From positions 3,424,001-3,488,000 of the forward strand of contig OY969696.1 in assembly GCA_963702005.1 (NCBI GenBank): a DNA stretch of 64,000 nucleotides, written 5' to 3'. Of this stretch, positions 50,976 through 59,610 are shown piece by piece. The translations under genes were made by a program, and so were the position numbers. How positions within the stretch are numbered: position 1 is the first letter of the stretch; each line of letters begins with the position of its first letter. The notes below the pieces were generated by a model that was given only the letters and a program-made list of their open reading frames with translations, searched no databases and was not told the origin of the DNA. This stretch comes from Candidatus Aminicenantes bacterium (GTDB lineage: Bacteria; Acidobacteriota; Aminicenantia; Aminicenantales; JAFGBC01).

Positions 50976-52885
50976 AAAAGTACGGCCGAATTCTGGCCTT
51001 GGCATTTGCGATCGTCCTGGGCGCCTGGTCATCCCTGCTCGCCCAGGACAACGTCGATGAACTCGTCAAGAGCGCGCCGCCCCGGGGCAAGTTCCCCGAG
51101 GCGAGCGCGGTCGTCGTGGACGCGGTCCAGACGCTGGTCTTGAACCGGGACGGGTCCAAGACGGAGGATTTCTTCCGGCTCGTCGAGATCTTCAACGTCC
51201 AAGGCCGGGAGAAATTCAGCGACTTCCGCATCCCCTTCGACAAGAATACGGATACGGTCGAGATCCTTACGGCCCGGACCTATAAAGGCGACCGGACCTC
51301 CCTCGAGGTCGAACGGGGCGCCATCAACGACCTGACCCCGCCCCATCTCGCCGACGCCGACATCTATTCCAACATCATCCACCGCGTCCTTTCGTTCCCG
51401 GCCGTGGACCCCGGCGTCTGTTTGGCCGTCCGCTACCGGAAGACCAGCCGCGAGCTGCCCGGGAACCTGGACCAGATCGTCTTCTTCCAGACGGACGAGC
51501 CGCTGCTCCGGAAAAAGCTCAAGGTCATCCTCCCGGCCGGGAAGAGCCTTCGCTACGCCCTGGTCGGGCTCCCATCGGCCGTCAGTGAGGAGACGGCCGG
51601 TGAAGAGAAGACCTACACCATCGTCGTTGCCGACTCCCCTCAGGTCAAACCCGAGGAGTACATGCCCCCTCGGGCCGAGCTCTTCGCCAGGGCCGTGCTT
51701 AGCACCTACGGCAGCTGGGACGAAGCGACGGACGCCTTCCGTTCTTCGTTTTTCGAGGCCGCGCAGCCCGATGAGTCCGTACGGGCGGCAGCCCGGGACA
51801 TCCTCAAGGGAGAGACTTCGCGGGACGAGATGATCAAAAAATTGTTCCTGTTCACGGCCCGCGACATCCGGAGCGTCCGGCTTGACCTCGGAGAGGGCGG
51901 CTACAAGGTTTTAGCCGCCTCGACCGTTCTCAAAAATCGTTACGGCGACGGCAAGGACAAGAGCGCTCTCCTGGCGGCCCTGCTCGGCGCAGCCGGCATC
52001 GAGGCCTACCCGGTCCTGGTCCACTCGGAAGCCGTGCCCCTTGTCGAGGACGTACCGACCCTCCGCCAGTTCGACCGAGTCCTGGTCGCCGTGCCCGAGG
52101 GCGACGATTATCTCTACCTTAATCCTTTCGCCGATGATTCGCTCTATGGATTCTTTGAAGAGGGACGCGGGGCGAAAGGCCTCGTCCTCAAGCCCCGGGC
52201 CGTCGAGTTCCGGATCGTTAGGGGGCGGGCCGGGACCGACAGCGTCTCGCGGGGCCGGTTCGAGGCCGAGATCGGGACGAACGGCTCCATCCGCGGGAGC
52301 CTGAGCCTGGAGCTCTCGGGGCTATTCGACGCCCGGGCCCGCCAAGAGCTCAAGGATCAAACGGCGCCTGAGCTGGAACGCTTTTTCGCCGAGGCCGTCA
52401 ACAAGGTCCTGGGCGAGGGCCGGGTTCTCAAGACGACTCTCAGCGACACCGGGGACCTCGGCCGGCCCGTCTCCATCCGCCAGGAATTTCGCGGCGATGA
52501 ATTCGCCGTTTTTCAGGGGAAGGTCATGCTCATCAACCTCCCCCAGTCCCTGTACGGCTTCGCCGAACTCCCTTCCTATCCGAGCCTGGCCAAACGGCTC
52601 TATCCGTTCCGGGTCAGCGACCTAGCGGAGACCGAGATCGTCGTCGCCCTTAAGATCCCGGCCGGGTATAAGCCTCTCTACCTTCCCGAGGGATTTTCCC
52701 AAAAGACCGATTACGGCGAGTTCGTTTTTCGGGCGGCCTTCGACCCGGCGGCCCGGACGGTCCGGATCGAACGGGTCATGCGCTTCGCCAAGAAAGAGAT
52801 CCCGGTCGAAGCCTATCCCGAGTTCAAGAAGGTCTGGGACGCCTTCGGCGGCGTCAAGAACAACCTCATCCTCCTGGAAAAATAG
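50972..52885 (+). CDS. DUF3857 + transglutaminase-like paralog with degenerate active site
   Basis: ATGA overlap; YGDGKDKS, FDRVL and YLNPF at the triad positions. Confidence 0.82.
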   Translation: MKKYGRILALAFAIVLGAWSSLLAQDNVDELVKSAPPRGKFPEASAVVVDAVQTLVLNRDGSKTEDFFRLVEIFNVQGREKFSDFRIPFDKNTDTVEILTARTYKGDRTSLEVERGAINDLTPPHLADADIYSNIIHRVLSFPAVDPGVCLAVRYRKTSRELPGNLDQIVFFQTDEPLLRKKLKVILPAGKSLRYALVGLPSAVSEETAGEEKTYTIVVADSPQVKPEEYMPPRAELFARAVLSTYGSWDEATDAFRSSFFEAAQPDESVRAAARDILKGETSRDEMIKKLFLFTARDIRSVRLDLGEGGYKVLAASTVLKNRYGDGKDKSALLAALLGAAGIEAYPVLVHSEAVPLVEDVPTLRQFDRVLVAVPEGDDYLYLNPFADDSLYGFFEEGRGAKGLVLKPRAVEFRIVRGRAGTDSVSRGRFEAEIGTNGSIRGSLSLELSGLFDARARQELKDQTAPELERFFAEAVNKVLGEGRVLKTTLSDTGDLGRPVSIRQEFRGDEFAVFQGKVMLINLPQSLYGFAELPSYPSLAKRLYPFRVSDLAETEIVVALKIPAGYKPLYLPEGFSQKTDYGEFVFRAAFDPAARTVRIERVMRFAKKEIPVEAYPEFKKVWDAFGGVKNNLILLEK

Positions 52886-53031
52886 CGGACCCGGAGCGTC
52901 CGCCGGCGCTGCGATGAAATGTCCCGGCGCCGTCATTCGCCCTGGGCCGTCACGACCTTTATTTCTTCAGCCATATTCAGCTGAAGTGATATAATAATTT
53001 CGGAATAGGCGTCATTTATTAAGGAGAGCCG

Positions 53032-53235
53032 ATGAAACTGAAGGTCATAGTCCATCAGGCTGAAGAGGGGGGGCTTTGGGCGGAAGTTCCCGCCATTCCG
53101 GGCTGCGTAAGCCAGGCGGAAACGCTCGAAGAATTGAAAAAGAATATCCAAGAGGCCGTGGAAGGATGTCTTTCAGTTGACCTCAAATCAATCCGCTTAA
53201 AGAAAAATGACAAGATAATGGAAATCGCCGTATGA
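53032..53235 (+). CDS. hicB: HicB-family antitoxin (short form)
   Basis: AAGGAG RBS; EEGGLWAEVPAIPGCVSQAETLEEL..NIQEA. Confidence 0.9.
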   Translation: MKLKVIVHQAEEGGLWAEVPAIPGCVSQAETLEELKKNIQEAVEGCLSVDLKSIRLKKNDKIMEIAV

Positions 53236-53441
53236 AGCCTCTGACGGGGCATGTTTTTTCAAAGATACCCGAAAAGAACGGGTGGATACTAGCGAGGATT
53301 CAAGGCAGTCATTTCATATATACGAAGGAAGGGCATAAAGCCCGTATCTCCGTTCCGGTCCATGGAAAACGGATGCTGAAAATAGGATTGCTGATGCATC
53401 TTATAAAGGTTGCGGAACTCAAGGATGAGGACTTACGCTGA
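53232..53441 (+). CDS. hicA: HicA-family mRNA interferase toxin
   Basis: NGW...RIQGSH...SVPVHG...LKIG; ATGA overlap with hicB. Confidence 0.88.
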   Translation: MKPLTGHVFSKIPEKNGWILARIQGSHFIYTKEGHKARISVPVHGKRMLKIGLLMHLIKVAELKDEDLR

Positions 53442-53612
53442 AAACTGGATATCAAGAGGACGATCATACTGATAAGAATCCCCGGAACCTTCATTGATTT
53501 CTACTATTCTAAGAATGCGGCTCTGCCAAAAAATACAGAAAGAGAGTCTCATCATACTAGACTGATAACTTCAATTGTCGACCTCCTGCCGAGTTCTCTC
53601 CGATCCGCTAAA

Positions 53613-54278
53613 ATGTTGCTTGTATTCGGACGTCAGGAAGAAAAAGATTTCGGGGATTGGGCTAAATTCCTCCCTAATCATGATATTAAAGAAATAATAG
53701 AATCCTACCATGACTGGTTTGATGAATTGATAAATATCAATCTCATTGATTATTCTATTTTCATTTTAGTTACCAAGGACGTTTGGATATCAGATAATCC
53801 GATTTTTATGACATTTTCTCTGGCTCACGAATTGGAGCATGCCGTTCAATATCTGGAAGAACGGATTCTCTCCCTTCAGGCACACTTAATAATATCTTAT
53901 CTCAAATTATCAAACCAATGGAACAACAGTACATATAATGATTTTCCGCCTGAAATGGATGCATCTAGAACAGCCAAGAAAATTAATTTTCTATTACACG
54001 GTGAAAATGAAACTCTAGCTTTTATTGATAAGAGAATTAGTGAATCGGCAGTTCAATCGCCTGATTCGTACGGTAAGTCCTATTGGCGGCATATAAGATC
54101 TCTTGAACTGGAAGTTGACTATGACTGGAAATCTCTAATCCGAGAGCGTTGGACAGAATACGAAGATATGATCTCTAGGATGAAGTGCGCTTCCGAAGAT
54201 TTCTTGAAAGAGTACGAATACTACGAAACCATTGTTAATATGCTTTCTAGCACAACATCCACATTACATCCAAAATAA
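53613..54278 (+). CDS. Low-GC hypothetical protein with HExxH motif (true start may be about 53469)
   Basis: LAHELEHAVQ plus downstream E(M)DA; frame is open upstream to 53442. Confidence 0.65.
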   Translation: MLLVFGRQEEKDFGDWAKFLPNHDIKEIIESYHDWFDELININLIDYSIFILVTKDVWISDNPIFMTFSLAHELEHAVQYLEERILSLQAHLIISYLKLSNQWNNSTYNDFPPEMDASRTAKKINFLLHGENETLAFIDKRISESAVQSPDSYGKSYWRHIRSLELEVDYDWKSLIRERWTEYEDMISRMKCASEDFLKEYEYYETIVNMLSSTTSTLHPK

Positions 54279-54306
54279 ATATAGCACCCTCTGCCATTCC
54301 TTCCTC

Positions 54307-54335
54307 TTGACAATGGTAACTAACTTAGTTACTAT
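54307..54335 (+). promoter_or_regulatory. sigma70 promoter (probably leaderless) with overlapping palindromic operator
   Basis: TTGACA 54307-54312, 17 nt spacer, TACTAT 54330-54335, ATG 7 nt later. GTAACTAA-C-TTAGTTAC at 54316-54332. Confidence 0.75.
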
Positions 54336-54342
54336 TTAGCCC

Positions 54343-55575
54343 ATGAGTTTCTCCGTCGACGGTCTGCGGGCGGCCTTTCCGGCCCTGCGGGTATCCGTCC
54401 GCAAGAAGCCGATTGTCTACTTCGACAACGCCTGCATGACCCTCAAGCCCGAGCCAGTTCTCCTGGCCATGGACGACTATTACCGGAACTTCCCCGGCTG
54501 CCACGCCCGGGCCGATCACTACTTCGGGACCGAGACCTCCCGCCGTTACAATGAGGCTCGTCGCAAGATCGCCGCGTTCTTTAACGCGGCCGACCCCCGG
54601 GAGATCGTCTTCACCCGGAACGCGACCGAGGGCCTGAACCTGCTGGCCCACACGCTGGACCTCAAAGCCGGCGATGTCGTCGTCTCCTCCGACATCGAGC
54701 ACAATTCGAACCTTCTCCCCTGGCAAGCCCTGGAAAAGAGAACGGGCGTGCGGCGCCTCGTCGTCGCGACCCGGCCCGACACGACCTTCGACCTGACCCG
54801 GTTCCGGGAGCAGATGACGCCGGCCGTCCGCCTGGTGACGGTCCTCCACACCTCGAACCTGACCGGCGTCAGCTTTCCGATCGCGGACATCGTCCGGATC
54901 GCCCACGGCAACGGCGCCCTCGTTTGCGTCGACGCCGCCCAGGCCGCCCTCACTAAGAAGATCGACGTCCGCGCCCTTGACGTCGATTTCTTGGTCGCCT
55001 CGGTCCATAAGATGTGGGGGCCGACCGGAATGGGAATTCTCTACGGGAAACGGGCGCTCCTCGAGGCCATGCCCCAGTTCCTGACCGGCGGCGGGACCGT
55101 CGAGGACGCCGGCTACAATTCGGTCACCGTCCAGGGGCTTCCCGATAAGTTCGAGGCCGGCCTCCAGAACTATGCGGGCGCGGCGGGCGCCGGGGCGGCC
55201 GTCGATTTCATCCGCGAGGTCGGGCAGGAGGAGATCGCCGGCCAGGTCGGGAACCTCAATGCCCAGGCCACGGAGCTATTGGCCGGAATGAAAGGCGTAA
55301 CCATCCTCGGCCCCCGCGAGTCCGCTTTGCGGTCGGGCATCCTGAATATCGTCATCGACGGCCTGGACGCCGCCGACGCCGCTCGGATCCTCCACCAGTC
55401 GGAAAACATCATGGTCCGCTTCGGCAAGCACTGCGTCCATCCCTGGTACGCGAGCCGCCGCGTCCCCGATTCGCTCCGGATCTCGTTCGGCGCCTATAAT
55501 ACGACGGCCGAGGTTGAGATCTTGGCCGCGGGGCTGCGGAGCGTGCTCAAGTTCTTCCGGCAGAAGGCGTCCTGA
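54343..55575 (+). CDS. SufS/CsdA-like cysteine desulfurase / selenocysteine lyase (class V PLP enzyme)
   Basis: YFDNAC, NATEGLN, EHNSN, DAAQ, SVHKMWGPTG, KFEAG, RFGKHC (group II catalytic Cys motif). Confidence 0.9.
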   Translation: MSFSVDGLRAAFPALRVSVRKKPIVYFDNACMTLKPEPVLLAMDDYYRNFPGCHARADHYFGTETSRRYNEARRKIAAFFNAADPREIVFTRNATEGLNLLAHTLDLKAGDVVVSSDIEHNSNLLPWQALEKRTGVRRLVVATRPDTTFDLTRFREQMTPAVRLVTVLHTSNLTGVSFPIADIVRIAHGNGALVCVDAAQAALTKKIDVRALDVDFLVASVHKMWGPTGMGILYGKRALLEAMPQFLTGGGTVEDAGYNSVTVQGLPDKFEAGLQNYAGAAGAGAAVDFIREVGQEEIAGQVGNLNAQATELLAGMKGVTILGPRESALRSGILNIVIDGLDAADAARILHQSENIMVRFGKHCVHPWYASRRVPDSLRISFGAYNTTAEVEILAAGLRSVLKFFRQKAS

Positions 55576-55639
55576 CCCGGAAGGGCGAGGAAGGAGAAAC
55601 CATGGCTTGCTGCGCGCTGAGAAAGAAGAAAAACAGCTT

Positions 55640-55978
55640 ATGATCGTGCCGGTGACCTTGCTCCTCATCGTAGGCCTGTTCGGGGGAATCGCGGTCGGGT
55701 TCTACTCGCTGGGCGGGCTTGTTTCCAAGGGTTTCGCCCGGAGGCGGGACAGGGCGCGAAAAACGATGAAGCAGCTCACGGACGGCCTGAAGGACAGGAT
55801 TCTCAACGAACCTTTCCTGTTCGACTCGACGGTCCGCTGCAAGGTCAGCGGCCGGCTGATGGGCTACTCGACCCCCCTGGCCGGCCTCGTCTTCAAGTAC
55901 TTCAACCTCATCGTCTTCGGCACCGTTGTCGGGTCGGCGGCGCTCTTCGTCGGCAGCTTGGTCTTGGTCATAAGCTGA
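55640..55978 (+). CDS. Small two-TM membrane protein (may start at 55602 if an A is missing at 55629-55633)
   Basis: Hydrophobic N- and C-terminal helices; sits between the desulfurase and PP-loop genes. Confidence 0.65.
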   Translation: MIVPVTLLLIVGLFGGIAVGFYSLGGLVSKGFARRRDRARKTMKQLTDGLKDRILNEPFLFDSTVRCKVSGRLMGYSTPLAGLVFKYFNLIVFGTVVGSAALFVGSLVLVIS

Positions 55979-55989
55979 GGCGGCGCGTC

Positions 55990-56799
55990 ATGAAGAACGA
56001 AATCATCGTCCAGTTCTCGGGCGGAATCGACTCGCTCTACGCCGCCCATTATCTCGCCCCCCGCTACGACCGCGTTCACCTTTTAACTTTCGACAAGGGC
56101 TATCTCCATCTCTTCCTCAAGGCCAACCGCCCCAACGTCGACCTCCTCAAAAAGCTCCATGGCGAGGACAAGATCGTCCACACCCTCCTCGACATCAAGC
56201 CCCTCTTCAAGGAACTGGGCGTCAAGAGCTACGGAGAGACGCGGGACGCTTTCGGAAACGAGATCGCCTGGTGCGTCCCCTGCCGGGCGACGATGGCCTT
56301 GGGGAGCATCCTTTATGCCCTCGAGCACGACATCCCCGCCTTCACCGACGGGGCCAACTGGGAGCAGGCGCCCGACGGCGAGAAGGTCCTGGTCACGGCC
56401 GACAACTACCCCGAATTTCTGGAAGTCATCAAGGCCTTCGCCGCGGCCTACAAGGTCGGCTACCTCCCCCTCATCTACGAGCTCAACACCCGGAAAGAGC
56501 GCCGGGACGAGCTCCTGGCCCTGGGCGCCAAGATCGATTTCAACAGCCTCGACCGCCCCAAGAAAAGCGTCTTCGACGTCTTCCGCAAGGCCTTCTTCAA
56601 GCGGTCCCAGCCGATGTGCCTGTCCGGCTACCTCATTCATTGGAAGCGGAACCTGTTCAACGTCAAGGAAGAGCTGACGCCGGAGATGACGGTGCGCGGC
56701 ATCCAACCCAAGCTCGAATCGGTCGGAAAGCGGCTTGTCGAAGACTATTTCGCGGCCAAAGGCCTGAATATCGCCGACCTCGTCCGCGTCCGCGGATAG
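55990..56799 (+). CDS. PP-loop (adenine nucleotide alpha-hydrolase) ATPase with CxxC, QueC/sulfurtransferase-like
   Basis: QFSGGIDS PP-loop, WCVPCR, SQPMC. Confidence 0.75.
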   Translation: MKNEIIVQFSGGIDSLYAAHYLAPRYDRVHLLTFDKGYLHLFLKANRPNVDLLKKLHGEDKIVHTLLDIKPLFKELGVKSYGETRDAFGNEIAWCVPCRATMALGSILYALEHDIPAFTDGANWEQAPDGEKVLVTADNYPEFLEVIKAFAAAYKVGYLPLIYELNTRKERRDELLALGAKIDFNSLDRPKKSVFDVFRKAFFKRSQPMCLSGYLIHWKRNLFNVKEELTPEMTVRGIQPKLESVGKRLVEDYFAAKGLNIADLVRVRG

Positions 56800-57251
56800 C
56801 TCAGCCGGAGGGATCCGACTCGATTTTTCCGCCCTAGCGCGATTTCGGCGTTGATCATATCCCGGATGGTCGTCTTGGCCAGGAAGGCATCGACTATCTT
56901 TTGAAGCTCCATCCATTTGAGCTTGGCCCCGCAGTTTTTTTCGCGGCGGCAGATCCCCTTGCGGACCAGGCAGGGCGCGATCCTGTCGCCGGGGTCCGAA
57001 AGAACGTTGACGACGTCGATGATCCGGATCCGGGCCGGGTCCTTGAGAAGACGGTAGCCGCCTTTTAATCCCCGCGCGCTCTCGACGAGCTTGGCCCGCA
57101 TCAGGGGCTGGAGGAGCTGCTTGGCGAACTTGGCCGAGATCAGCTGCCGCTTCTCGACTTCGGCCAGCGGCAGGGCGCCCTCGGGGTGGCGTCCGATCTC
57201 GACCAGGATGCGGATGCCGTAGCGGATCTTGGCGGGCATTTTCATGGCCAT
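56745..57251 (-). CDS. Rrf2-family transcriptional regulator with three Cys
   Basis: RYGIRIL, LVESARGLKGGYRL, PCLVRKGICRREKNC..W. Confidence 0.88.
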   Translation of the reverse strand: MAMKMPAKIRYGIRILVEIGRHPEGALPLAEVEKRQLISAKFAKQLLQPLMRAKLVESARGLKGGYRLLKDPARIRIIDVVNVLSDPGDRIAPCLVRKGICRREKNCGAKLKWMELQKIVDAFLAKTTIRDMINAEIALGRKNRVGSLRLSYPRTRTRSAIFRPLAAK

Positions 57252-57272
57252 AGGGAACCGATCTGATTACCA

Positions 57273-57330
57273 ATTCTACCGTTGAGATCGGCATGAGTCA
57301 ACCCCTCGATACTCATGGAAGCCATGAGTA
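57273..57330 (-). promoter_or_regulatory. rrf2 promoter plus adjacent palindrome
   Basis: Minus strand TTGACT (57301-57296), 17 nt spacer, TAGAAT (57278-57273). TACTCATGG-AAG-CCATGAGTA at 57310-57330. Confidence 0.6.
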
Positions 57331-57438
57331 CTGCAAGGCTGGACATAGCGTCGGCGAACGGGCCAACCGGTTTGACTTCTTTTTGCATCTTGCCTTATTC
57401 TTAACAATGACGGGATTGGGTCAGAGGGAGATGTGAGG

Positions 57439-59547
57439 ATGCCCGCTTTTTTCAGCGTTTTTCAAAAAAGAATAATCTACCTTTTTTTCTTAATGTGTTT
57501 AGCCCTCCTGCTGCCCGGCCTGACCGAACCGCCGGCGCATCCCGCTCAATCCAAAGCCAGGGCCGCTCAAGAACCTCTTCAGCATGAAGTGATCGTAACT
57601 CATAAACTCATCCAAGTCTATGTCGTCGATCCCAAGGGGAACCCGGCCCGCGACCTGGAGAAGTCCGATTTTGTCCTCACCGACAACGACAAGCTTCAGG
57701 TCATCCTGGATTTCGAGAAACATTTTTTATCCGCTTCGGGATCGAAGCTCCAGGACGCCAAGCTCCCCCCGGCCCGGGACACGGCTTCACTCATGAACCG
57801 CAAGTTCCTCTTCGTCCTCGACTACGAGAGCAACGACCTCTGGGGGATCGGAAAATCGAGAAAGGCCGTCTTGCAATTCCTGGATACCCAGATTCAGCCG
57901 GACGACGAGATCGCGCTTTTCTCCTATTCTCGAGGGAGAGGATTGGTCCTTCACGAGTATTTGACATCCGACCATCAAAAGGTCCGGACGGCAATAAAGA
58001 AAGTCTTGGATATCCCCTCCCAACGCGCGGGGTGGGATCCATGGGCTGACGAAGGGCATAGCATCCTGGGTCCTGAAATCTCGGGACCCCTGTCCCCTCC
58101 CAAGGGCGATCCCGGGCTGGTGACCATCGCCACGACGGATGGATCGACAGGGCAACGAGTAATAGTATCCAGTCATTCGGGCCAGGTCGGTGAACCGCGC
58201 TTGCGTTCTATCGCCGACTGCCTCAATGACCTTTCTAAAGCTCTTCGCCATATCCCCGGTCAAAAAAACATCATCTTGTTTTCAAGGGGATTCGTTGGCC
58301 CGGTCTTGAAACCAAAAACTCTGGAAAACCGGGCTTTCACGGCGATGGGCAAGGCGTTGGCGTCGGCCAACAGCCCGGTTTTTTCCGTAGATACGACCGC
58401 GGGAACCCGGGTCCTCGGCGACAACTCTTTGGAGTATCTTTCCAAATTGACGGGGGGGAAATATTACCCAGATGTCAATTATGACTCCAAGATCGCCGAG
58501 GACATCCAAAGCGCCACGAGCAATTATTACGTCCTGGGCTACTCGATCGCCTCCAATTGGGACGGAAAATTCCATGACATCCGGGTTGAGGTCAAAAAAC
58601 CCGGTTATAAGGTCTTCGCTCAAAAGGGCTATTTCAACCCCCTGCCCTTCAATCAACTTTCTCCGATCGAAAAACATCTTCACCTTCTAGACCTCGCCCT
58701 GGGCGAGAAAGCCTACTTCGAGCAACACCTGAATTTCCCCCTGATCGCGCTTCCCTTTTCCGACAGTCAACAGTCCAACACCGTCCTCATCTCCGAGATT
58801 CCGGTGCAGACGATCCGAGATGTTGTCGGGGACCATACCGAATTCATCATCCTCGTCTTCGATCCCGCCCGAACGATCGTCGATAGTTTGAGGACCGAGA
58901 TCGATTGGAGTACGATCGGGCCAGAAACGATCCTCCACTATTCGACCCTCGCTCTTGCGCCCGGCCGGAATGATTGTCGGATCGTCATCCGGAATCTGGA
59001 CAGCGGAAAGGCGGCGGTCGGGGCTTGCTCCATCGAACTGCCTGGGAAGTCAACGGCCGCTCTGAAGATCTATCCGCCTCTGCTCCTCAGCGCCGGACCG
59101 GCGGCTCCATATCTTCATATTGACGGACAAGACAAGGACGCGGCCGCAAAGAGCGTCTCACTATCCCAGCTTTATCCCTTTCCCGCCAGACAATATGTTC
59201 CGCTTATGGGCGGGTTGGAACCAGGGGCTTCGTCTCTTTATGCCGAGTTGAGATGCGCCGGGGCGGGCAGCCCGGGGGGGAAGATTCGAATATCAGCCTG
59301 GTTGGCGGCCGAAGAGAACGGTCTTAAGACATCCGTACCATTCCATGTCCTCGACCTAGTCAAAGGAGATGAAGTCGATATCTTCTTCTTGGAATTCGAA
59401 ATCCCAGACCTCAAGCCCGGCCGGTATTCTCTCCAAATTCTTGCCGAAGATGACGCGACGAATTCGAGCGCCCGGACGGAATCCTGGTTTTCTGTCGGAT
59501 CGGAGTCGTCCTCGTCTAAATCTCTCAATAAATCGCTCTCGAGGTAA
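57439..59547 (+). CDS. Secreted VWA domain protein (Acidobacteria-type VWFA-related)
   Basis: Signal peptide; VYVVDPKG...DLEKSDF, GQKNIILFSRG, LSKLTGG, YYVLGY, DGKFHDIRVEV. Confidence 0.82.
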   Translation: MPAFFSVFQKRIIYLFFLMCLALLLPGLTEPPAHPAQSKARAAQEPLQHEVIVTHKLIQVYVVDPKGNPARDLEKSDFVLTDNDKLQVILDFEKHFLSASGSKLQDAKLPPARDTASLMNRKFLFVLDYESNDLWGIGKSRKAVLQFLDTQIQPDDEIALFSYSRGRGLVLHEYLTSDHQKVRTAIKKVLDIPSQRAGWDPWADEGHSILGPEISGPLSPPKGDPGLVTIATTDGSTGQRVIVSSHSGQVGEPRLRSIADCLNDLSKALRHIPGQKNIILFSRGFVGPVLKPKTLENRAFTAMGKALASANSPVFSVDTTAGTRVLGDNSLEYLSKLTGGKYYPDVNYDSKIAEDIQSATSNYYVLGYSIASNWDGKFHDIRVEVKKPGYKVFAQKGYFNPLPFNQLSPIEKHLHLLDLALGEKAYFEQHLNFPLIALPFSDSQQSNTVLISEIPVQTIRDVVGDHTEFIILVFDPARTIVDSLRTEIDWSTIGPETILHYSTLALAPGRNDCRIVIRNLDSGKAAVGACSIELPGKSTAALKIYPPLLLSAGPAAPYLHIDGQDKDAAAKSVSLSQLYPFPARQYVPLMGGLEPGASSLYAELRCAGAGSPGGKIRISAWLAAEENGLKTSVPFHVLDLVKGDEVDIFFLEFEIPDLKPGRYSLQILAEDDATNSSARTESWFSVGSESSSSKSLNKSLSR

Positions 59548-59610
59548 ACTTCGAGGTATCGGCATCCCTGGAAATTGGAAAAAGTAACAAAGTGTAGGTT
59601 TGACCCTGGA

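Noticed and set aside
53439-53480. SECIS after the hicA TGA
   Set aside because: Only a weak 5-bp AT-rich pairing; HicA is already complete at this stop.
55641-55673. Sec readthrough of the micro-ORF (…L-U-S-C-R-U-P-C)
   Set aside because: No SECIS-like hairpin, and the codons are explained by the overlapping membrane-protein frame.
56745-56799. 55-nt convergent overlap of rrf2 and the PP-loop gene as a regulatory feature
   Set aside because: Could be a simple stop-codon loss or an indel error extending the Rrf2 tail.
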